Part shown: positions 7,903 to 14,206 of the stretch, one piece after another
Layout of the letters: each line of letters starts with the position of its first letter
Position numbering within the stretch: the stretch's first letter is position 1
DNA from: Candidatus Hodarchaeota archaeon
Lineage (GTDB): Archaea > Asgardarchaeota > Heimdallarchaeia > Hodarchaeales > Hodarchaeaceae
Direction: 5' to 3'
DNA: 14,206 bases
NCBI GenBank assembly: GCA_016840035.1
Contig: JAEOTC010000169.1
Location: 1 to 14,206, forward strand
Made by a program: the position numbers and the translations under genes
Notes under the pieces: model-generated
The model's database searches: none
Told to the model about the DNA's origin: nothing
Seen by the model: only the letters and a program-made list of their open reading frames with translations

Positions 7903-9015
7903 TTATTCCAAATTAAATTCTTCCCCGAACGATAGGTACCCACCATATTTAGCATGAATGGCACAGGTTCCTTCAGAACCAACCATACATGGACCTACAG
8001 GGTTTTCGGGTGTACATTTATTATTAAAAAGACCACAATCACGAGGATATATTTTGCCAAGAATAACATCCGCGCATCGACACCCTTTTGGGATATCCCG
8101 ACCTTCAGACGGAGGAATATCTTCTTTCACCCGAATATTATACTCACTGAATTGATTAGCAAGCTCAAGACCTGAATTTTCGACCATTCCTATCCCTCGC
8201 CATTGAGAATCTACAGTCGTATAGGCATTATCAATCGCTTCTAACGCCTTTAAATTCCCTTCTCGGGTCACTACACGAGTATAAAGATTCTCAGTTTTGG
8301 GTTGATTTTGAATTAGTTGCTGCATGATCTCAAGGATACCAAACATCACATCTGCGGGTTCAAAGCCTGCAACTACGATGGGAATTTTATGTTCGTGGGA
8401 AAGAGGCTCATAAATACCAAAACCAGTGATAGCTGATACATGTCCGGGTGCAATAAAACCGTCGACACCAATCTCTGGTTGTCCAACCAATAATTTCATC
8501 GCTGGTGGTACTAATCGATGTGAAGATAGTATTGACACATTCGATGGAATTTGCTGATTTAATAATTCGATTGCCACCATGGGGGCAGTGGTTTCAAACC
8601 CAATGGAGAAAAAAACATATTTCACTGACGGGTTTTTCTTTGCTAAACGTATAACATCCAAAAAACTATATACGACTTGTATAGACGCTCCCTCAGCCCT
8701 TGCAGTCAACAAAGATCCTTGATTGCTAGGAACTCTCGACATATCTCCGAATGTTGTCAATGTGTAGCCATTTTTTGAAAGCCAGATGGCTTGCTCAATG
8801 TCTTCATTAGGGCAAATACAAACAGGACAACCTGGTCCGGCAATTACTTCTACATTTGCTGGTAATAAGGATCGAATCCCCCAATGAGAAATTGTATATT
8901 CATGTGTTCCACATACATGGCAAATTTTGATCTTTTTATCCCCCAATTCTAAGGCAAGAGCAGAAATTTTCTTGCCTAGGGTCTTAACGATTTCAGGGTC
9001 TTGATAAGATTTCAT
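7903..9015 (-). CDS. hypD: [NiFe]-hydrogenase maturation protein HypD
   Basis: All HypD signature motifs present: CGTHE, GPGCPVC, GFETT, PGHVS and the C-terminal 4Fe-4S Cys cluster GCRC...C...C..PVGPCMVGSEGTC. Confidence 0.97.
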   Translation of the reverse strand: MKSYQDPEIVKTLGKKISALALELGDKKIKICHVCGTHEYTISHWGIRSLLPANVEVIAGPGCPVCICPNEDIEQAIWLSKNGYTLTTFGDMSRVPSNQGSLLTARAEGASIQVVYSFLDVIRLAKKNPSVKYVFFSIGFETTAPMVAIELLNQQIPSNVSILSSHRLVPPAMKLLVGQPEIGVDGFIAPGHVSAITGFGIYEPLSHEHKIPIVVAGFEPADVMFGILEIMQQLIQNQPKTENLYTRVVTREGNLKALEAIDNAYTTVDSQWRGIGMVENSGLELANQFSEYNIRVKEDIPPSEGRDIPKGCRCADVILGKIYPRDCGLFNNKCTPENPVGPCMVGSEGTCAIHAKYGGYLSFGEEFNLE

Positions 9016-9047
9016 TAAATGCCGAGCTCTCCTAACTATCCTCAGTG

Positions 9048-9061
9048 TTTAAGTACTTAAA
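9048..9061. promoter_or_regulatory. Palindromic back-to-back TATA boxes (TTTAAGTACTTAAA) for divergent hypD and GNAT genes
   Basis: Perfect 14-bp palindrome giving TTTAAGTA on both strands, roughly 30-40 nt upstream of each start codon (9015 and 9087). Confidence 0.55.
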
Positions 9062-9086
9062 GAAGCTTCAGGCTAGATGGAAGATA

Positions 9087-9563
9087 ATGGATTCAATTTC
9101 AATTAGAAAAGCCACTATTTCTGATGTACCTTCATTGGTACGGTTACGACGCTTAATGTTTGAATCAATGGGACATAAAAATCCCGAATTATTGGAAGCT
9201 GGTGATATAGCAGCAGCAGGATTTTTTAAACAATTTATTCCCACAAAGGAGTATCAGGGATGGGTTGCGGAGGATTCCACAACAGGAGAAATTGTGAGTA
9301 ATATTGGAGCTGTAATTGATCACCATCCACCAGGGCCAAACAATTTAACGGGAAAAATTGCTTATTTGATGAATCTATGCACTTTGGAGGAGTATCGACG
9401 ACAGGGGATTGCCCGAAAACTACTTGAAGCCGCTTTGGAATGGGCTAAAGGAATGAAAGTAAGTAGAGTATCATTACATGCCACTGAGATAGGAAGGGAC
9501 CTTTATGAGCAATTGGGATTCACCCAAACTAATGAAATGCGTCTTAAGTTTGAAAAAAGCTGA
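9087..9563 (+). CDS. GNAT family N-acetyltransferase
   Basis: MDSISIRKATISDVPSL start (ATG 9087); acetyl-CoA motif A MNLCTLEEYRRQGIARKLL; motif B VSLHATEIGRDLYEQLGF. Confidence 0.92.
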   Translation: MDSISIRKATISDVPSLVRLRRLMFESMGHKNPELLEAGDIAAAGFFKQFIPTKEYQGWVAEDSTTGEIVSNIGAVIDHHPPGPNNLTGKIAYLMNLCTLEEYRRQGIARKLLEAALEWAKGMKVSRVSLHATEIGRDLYEQLGFTQTNEMRLKFEKS

Positions 9564-9585
9564 AAGGAATATGTTTCAAGTGATT

Positions 9586-10953
9586 CTATTGCAGTTTTTT
9601 CTCCAAATAGTCAGTAAGAGCAGTTAAATCGTCTTTGGAGAAAGATTTTACTTCCATTTTCTTTTTCTTGAAAGGTGACTCATCACCAAGAATAACAATT
9701 TCTTCGTATGAATCTTGAGAAAGGGCTTCTTCGATGCCAACGACAAACGAATCTTGAAATACGGGTTCTAAATCGGTTTGAGGGGGAATTGCAATTAAGA
9801 TACGCTTATTTTTTCCAGAAAGTGAAATCTGTATCCCATTATTACGCTGAAGAGCACCAATTGTAAATCCTTTAATTTTTCCAAGATTTTTCTTAATCTT
9901 TTTACTATATTCAGTCAAAAATTTATGATTTTTCCCAAGCTCCTTCAAGATAGGTGCTTTCTTTTCTTCCGTAACACCAGCCAGCCATTTTATTGCTTCA
10001 CGAGGATTTCCATGCGAATATGCATAAGCGGATTCAATATCAGATTTGCCTAAAGGCCATGTTGAATTTTCTTCTGTTAAGGTAAGATCGAATTTCTGAT
10101 GAAAATCTTTTAACATGTGTATACAGTAGTCTTGAATGTCTTTTTTTGTAAAACGTTTGAGTAATATTGGAGGTTCAATACGACTCTGAACAGCTGTGCT
10201 GGATAGGTCAAGAATCTTATCCCACAATGTTGCTAAGCATGCAAGGCAAAGAACAAAATTACTAGCTTCATTATGCATTTTTTTAATGCTTTCTAACAAT
10301 TGTAGTTCAGCTTCGGGCCCAAGAGCAATAAATAACGATTCTAGTTCATCAACAAAGAAAATCAAAGGCCTATCAACAGATTTCAAAATCACCTGCAAGG
10401 CCGCGAATGCTAGCTCTTCATCATCCATAATTGTTCTATTAAAGGATTTAGTCTCCTCATCCAGATCGAAACCTGTAAACCATTTTAATGCTAATTTAGA
10501 TTGCTTAGGATCCTTTAAAGCAAAAAATCCTTCGATCACTACGTTTCCAAGGCCAGGAAATTCAAATGCTGCATTCTCAACCTTCTTGTATTTCTCTACA
10601 AGATAATCTGCCACAAATTCTAGAAGAGCTGATCCTCCAGCCTTAACAGTTTCAAAATAGAAATGAGAATATATTCTATTGGGATTAGTAGGAACTGGAA
10701 CATAAACTACGTAAGCATTCGTAATCTGTTCGCGAACAACCCAATAAAAATGAGTTTTACCATAGCCAGCTTCAGCTATGACTGGAACGATCATTGATTC
10801 CCTCTTCTGTTTTCTTACTGTCTCCAAAGCATGAGAAATTCTATTTATGGCATCCTTATTAGGGCGGATCAAATTGAAAATTTCTGGTACATCTGCTCGA
10901 GCAGTGAAATTATGAAATGGGTTCTCAATAATTAGATTAGTTACTTGAGTCAT
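9586..10953 (-). CDS. AAA+ ATPase, Cdc6/Orc1- or BrxD(DUF2791)-like clade, resembling the ATPases partnered with cyanobacterial RcaD (RcaG-like)
   Basis: N-terminal NPF; Walker A variant IAEAGYGKTH (10779-10750); Walker B LIFFVDELES; arginine-finger-like VQSRIE; sensor-II-like GNPREAIK; extra C-terminal alpha/beta domain of about 100 aa. Confidence 0.85.
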   Translation of the reverse strand: MTQVTNLIIENPFHNFTARADVPEIFNLIRPNKDAINRISHALETVRKQKRESMIVPVIAEAGYGKTHFYWVVREQITNAYVVYVPVPTNPNRIYSHFYFETVKAGGSALLEFVADYLVEKYKKVENAAFEFPGLGNVVIEGFFALKDPKQSKLALKWFTGFDLDEETKSFNRTIMDDEELAFAALQVILKSVDRPLIFFVDELESLFIALGPEAELQLLESIKKMHNEASNFVLCLACLATLWDKILDLSSTAVQSRIEPPILLKRFTKKDIQDYCIHMLKDFHQKFDLTLTEENSTWPLGKSDIESAYAYSHGNPREAIKWLAGVTEEKKAPILKELGKNHKFLTEYSKKIKKNLGKIKGFTIGALQRNNGIQISLSGKNKRILIAIPPQTDLEPVFQDSFVVGIEEALSQDSYEEIVILGDESPFKKKKMEVKSFSKDDLTALTDYLEKKLQ

Positions 10954-10959
10954 TTTAAT

Positions 10960-11427
10960 CTAGGCCTCGAATATTAAATAGTAAAATACGCCTGTACCTG
11001 TATCGGATGTAATACCTCCATACCCTGCGTGCGATTTGGACATTGCTGTCTGTAAAGTTAGTACCCCTTGATCATGAAAAGATAGAACTTTTTTATCAAA
11101 GTACGGATCAGAGATCCGTTTTTCGGCTAGCTTTTCACGGATCTCTGGAATACGAACTAATGGTTTCATCGGGGTCGCAAGGGAGGTATATGCTTTTCGT
11201 AAAAGGGATAAAAATTGTTTATCACTCAGTTCGGTTTTCATCGGTTTTTGACCATTAAGATACTTCTCTCCCATGTTCGTTAAACAATATACGCTTTTTG
11301 TCCCTTTTTTAAGTTGAATCAGTCCTTTATCGGAAAGATCAGTCAATAAGCTCTTCTCATTTTCCGTTCTAGCGTAGTAACCAGTGTCTCCAAGAAAATG
11401 GATGATTTCGAGGTACGAAGTATGCAT
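10960..11427 (-). CDS. Tandem winged-helix DNA-binding protein, RcaD-like
   Basis: First wHTH: KSLLTDLSDKGLIQL...VYCLTNMGEKYL. Second domain: LSDKQFLSLLRKAY...LVRIPEIREKL..ISDPYFDKKVLSFHDQGVLTL...GI....G.FYYL. This matches, from recollection, the RcaD C-terminal pattern (SDEEIL...LPIFHLRQKL..LSRDELD.ALY.L...D.IEL...GI....GG.LFFI). Ends 6 nt upstream of the ATPase ATG. Confidence 0.75.
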   Translation of the reverse strand: MHTSYLEIIHFLGDTGYYARTENEKSLLTDLSDKGLIQLKKGTKSVYCLTNMGEKYLNGQKPMKTELSDKQFLSLLRKAYTSLATPMKPLVRIPEIREKLAEKRISDPYFDKKVLSFHDQGVLTLQTAMSKSHAGYGGITSDTGTGVFYYLIFEA

Positions 11428-11451
11428 AGTTACTAGTTAATGGGGGGAATT

Positions 11452-11477
11452 ATATTTGAGAATCATATTTAGGAATC
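11452..11477. repeat. 13-bp tandem repeat ATATTTGAGAATC / ATATTTAGGAATC
   Basis: Two adjacent copies, 11/13 identical, overlapping a TATA-like AAATATAAT (minus strand) about 25 nt upstream of the wHTH gene. Confidence 0.5.
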
Positions 11478-11571
11478 ATCAGGATAATATATTTTTATTA
11501 AACATTGGGGGCAAATTAATGAAAGGGGGATAAACCGAGCTGATTAATGACTGAACTCGTGGTTTTTTTAC

Positions 11572-12696
11572 ATGATTCTTGACGATTTACAGAAAATCTC
11601 TGGTTTAGATACTGACGACATGTTTGGGACGATGTTTTCCTGGCCTAGTTTAATTGAAACCATTATAAATAGTTCAATTGAGATTAAAACAAATGTTTCA
11701 GTAGGTAAATTTCATCTATCCTATACAAAACCCATATCGAGTATTCTAATTTGTGGGATGGGTGGATCCGCAGTAAGTGGAGATTATATTGCCACATATT
11801 TTGCCAAAACTCTTTCTCAACCGATACTTGTGCAACGAAATTATTCTCTGCCTAAATTTGTGTCTACGAACACTCTTGTTATAGCAATCTCATATTCAGG
11901 CAACACAGAGGAAACACTTGCTGGAATTAGGAAAGCCGTCCAGGTTGAATGTCCACTAGTTTGTATTGGAAGTGGGGGAAAGGTAGAAGATTTTTGTGTA
12001 AAAAACCGGATTCCATTCTTCAAAATTCCATCTGGAAATCAACCTCGTGCATCATTTCCATTATTATTATTTCCGATTCTAAAAATTCTTGGTGCTATGA
12101 GCATCGCAAAATTAGATGAAAATGTTATACAAGAGGTTATTCGTAATCTAAAGACAATGCGAGAACTCATACGGCCTCAAACTCCAACCTCCGAAAATCA
12201 AGCAAAACAAATCGCTGAAAGACTATTCAACCATATTCCCATAATTTGGTCCCCGTATTATTGCGTAGCTAATCGGTTTAAATGTCAAATAAATGAGAAT
12301 TCAAAGCAGCTTGCGATTGCAGAGGAATTACCTGAATTCAACCATAATCATATTGTCGGTTTTCAGAAGCTTATCAAAGAAAATCCTCATATAGTAGTAA
12401 TTTTTCGGTTTCCTTCCGAACATGCCAATGTTTCCCTTCGATTCGAAATTTCTAAGGAAATTGTTGAACCAAAGGTGGAGATACTAGAAATTCAAATCCA
12501 ATCTGGTGATTTACTTAGCCAACTCGTTACGGCAACTTACATTGGAGATTATATCTCAATATACCTGGCTTTACTCAACAACCAAAATCCGAATACGGTA
12601 GACAGCATTGATTTTCTTAAAGAACAGATGGAAAAGCGGGGAAAAACGCAATCTTCATTGATGAGTGAATTAGATAAATTATCATCAAGCGAATAA
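11572..12696 (+). CDS. pgi/pmi: Bifunctional phosphoglucose/phosphomannose isomerase (PGI/PMI, SIS fold)
   Basis: GMGGSAVSGD, SYSGNTEET, QPRAS, RFKCQINENSK and ELPEFNHNHI motifs. Confidence 0.93.
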   Translation: MILDDLQKISGLDTDDMFGTMFSWPSLIETIINSSIEIKTNVSVGKFHLSYTKPISSILICGMGGSAVSGDYIATYFAKTLSQPILVQRNYSLPKFVSTNTLVIAISYSGNTEETLAGIRKAVQVECPLVCIGSGGKVEDFCVKNRIPFFKIPSGNQPRASFPLLLFPILKILGAMSIAKLDENVIQEVIRNLKTMRELIRPQTPTSENQAKQIAERLFNHIPIIWSPYYCVANRFKCQINENSKQLAIAEELPEFNHNHIVGFQKLIKENPHIVVIFRFPSEHANVSLRFEISKEIVEPKVEILEIQIQSGDLLSQLVTATYIGDYISIYLALLNNQNPNTVDSIDFLKEQMEKRGKTQSSLMSELDKLSSSE

Positions 12697-12771
12697 CGGA
12701 AAAAGCAAACAAAAAAACTATAGTGAAATTTTGAAAGTCTTAGTTATCGCTGTATAGGAAAGATTTCAGAT

Positions 12772-14127
12772 ATGACCACTAATTATGACGTAGTAATCAC
12801 AGGTGCAGGAACCGCAGGCAGTATGGCGGCAGCTGCCCTTGCAAATAAGGGCCTTAAAGTTGCTTTGTTAGACAGACAACCAAAAGAAAAAATTGGAGTT
12901 AAAATTTGTGGCGATGCTACAAGTGGTGAACATTTCAAACGTATTCAGGACATAACCAAGGTCGATCCTCCCAAAGGAGATGAAGTAATTCAAAAGGTTG
13001 CTGGTGCTTGGTTATACTCTCCAGATCGAGAAGTGAAGCTCGAACTTGTTGAGGAAGGAGGGACAGGTATAATCATTGATCGATTTAAACTCGGTATGAG
13101 AATTCTGGACAATGCAATTGACTTTGGGGCCGAGCTGTTTGATGAATCGATGGTTAAAGAACCAATAATCACCGATGATTATGTTACTGGAATAAAGTAT
13201 CGGGGAAAGGATAAAAACATCCATGAGATGACAGGAAAAGTTATTATTGATGCCTCAGGGATCATCGGAGTTCTGAGAACGAAACTTAATCCCAATAAGA
13301 CATTTATGGATCTCGAGCTGGCACCAAAGGATGTATGTAATTGTTATCGGGAAATCCGTGATGTGGAACCTGAAATTGAATCCCCTGAATTTATTAGACT
13401 CATTTTTGATCAAGATGTTGCGAAGGGTGGATATATTTGGGAATTCCCGCGAGGGCCGCATTCTATGAACGCAGGGCTAGGAGTTATGCGGATAAATAAA
13501 ATGAATCCCCATAAACAGTTTGATGTATTCATTGAGCAGAGAAAAGAACTTTATGAGAACTCCAAATTAGTTCATGGAGGGGCATGGCGAGTACCACTAA
13601 GACGTCCTCAAGATAATCTTGTATGGAATGGCTTCATGCTTATTGGTGATTCTGGTACACAAGTCAAACCAACCGACGGTGGTGGAATAGGGATATCAGT
13701 AAATGCGGCAGCAATGGCTAGTAAAACTATTGTATCAGCATTAGAAAATGATAATGTTTCGATGGATGGTCTATGGGATTATAATGTCCAATTCATGCGC
13801 TCTATAGCTCCCATCAATGCTCCACTCGCAATCATGAAAGATTTTGTGATTCCCCTTCCTAGTTCGATTCTTAATGAAATTTTCCATAAAGAAATTTTGA
13901 CAGGTGACGACTTGCTCTATGGAAATGCTTCAGGAAATATTTCCAGTGGATTTATGGTCAACCTAGTGCGCGCATGGCGTGGGAAGAGAATTTTAGGAAC
14001 TTTATTTAAGTTCAGAGGAATTCTTAAACAAATGGATAGAGCTAGAACACTATACGAGAATTTTCCAGACAATTCAGAAGATTTTCAACCTTGGCGTTCC
14101 GAAATCATGAATATCTATGGTGATTAA
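12772..14127 (+). CDS. ggr: Geranylgeranyl reductase family FAD-dependent oxidoreductase (digeranylgeranylglycerophospholipid reductase-like)
   Basis: YDVVITGAGTAG FAD-binding motif, KICGDA, GGYIWEFP (YxWxFP) and IGDSGTQVKPTDGGGI. Confidence 0.88.
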   Translation: MTTNYDVVITGAGTAGSMAAAALANKGLKVALLDRQPKEKIGVKICGDATSGEHFKRIQDITKVDPPKGDEVIQKVAGAWLYSPDREVKLELVEEGGTGIIIDRFKLGMRILDNAIDFGAELFDESMVKEPIITDDYVTGIKYRGKDKNIHEMTGKVIIDASGIIGVLRTKLNPNKTFMDLELAPKDVCNCYREIRDVEPEIESPEFIRLIFDQDVAKGGYIWEFPRGPHSMNAGLGVMRINKMNPHKQFDVFIEQRKELYENSKLVHGGAWRVPLRRPQDNLVWNGFMLIGDSGTQVKPTDGGGIGISVNAAAMASKTIVSALENDNVSMDGLWDYNVQFMRSIAPINAPLAIMKDFVIPLPSSILNEIFHKEILTGDDLLYGNASGNISSGFMVNLVRAWRGKRILGTLFKFRGILKQMDRARTLYENFPDNSEDFQPWRSEIMNIYGD

Positions 14128-14142
14128 ATCTCCATAGACTAA

Positions 14143-14153
14143 TTCTTCTTTTT
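14143..14153 (+). terminator. Pyrimidine/oligo-T tract, possible archaeal terminator
   Basis: TTCTTCTTTTT about 15 nt after the GGR stop. Confidence 0.35.
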
Positions 14154-14206
14154 CAGAGAAATAAATCACTTATTTGTCTTAATTCAGGGGGACAGACCTG
14201 CAGATT

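Noticed and set aside
10196-10606. 136-aa plus-strand ORF and the other short antisense or alternate-frame ORFs (1214, 1674, 2150, 3659, 4742, 5478, 6284, 6832, 7954, 7958, 11043, 11841, 12990, 13012, 13255)
   Set aside because: Shadows of well-supported genes, with no motifs of their own.
9586-10953. Calling the ATPase a true Orc1/Cdc6 or part of a BREX system
   Set aside because: Walker A is not the Cdc6 GxxGTGKT form, no C-terminal wHTH is evident, and no pglZ/pglX/brxHI genes are nearby.

Overview
AT-rich, gene-dense archaeal chromosomal segment. It is most likely from an Asgard archaeon (possibly Heimdallarchaeia/Hodarchaeales-like). This is inferred from a GGR-family lipid reductase, an archaeal-type bifunctional PGI/PMI and a 7-TM protein apparently fused to a longin-like domain. 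Recognisable metabolic genes: DUF364 Rossmann-like protein, xylose-isomerase/AP-endonuclease-2 TIM barrel, GH13 alpha-glucosidase, hypD, a GNAT acetyltransferase, PGI/PMI and GGR. Four poorly explained elements sit among them. (1) A two-gene minus-strand operon (11427->9586) encodes a tandem winged-helix protein resembling cyanobacterial RcaD and a Cdc6/BrxD-like AAA+ ATPase; its upstream region has tandem repeats and G-tracts. This is the best candidate for an undescribed system. (2) A 7-TM/longin-like protein missed by the ORF track runs off the left edge. (3) A cassette of three small orphan genes, one wHTH-like, is bracketed by repeated CTTTTCGA/TCGAGATAT motifs. (4) A membrane-anchored protein carries polyproline and acidic tracts plus a beta-sandwich domain. 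No rRNA, tRNA, CRISPR array or transposase was seen. All family assignments come from motif recognition by eye, not database searches.
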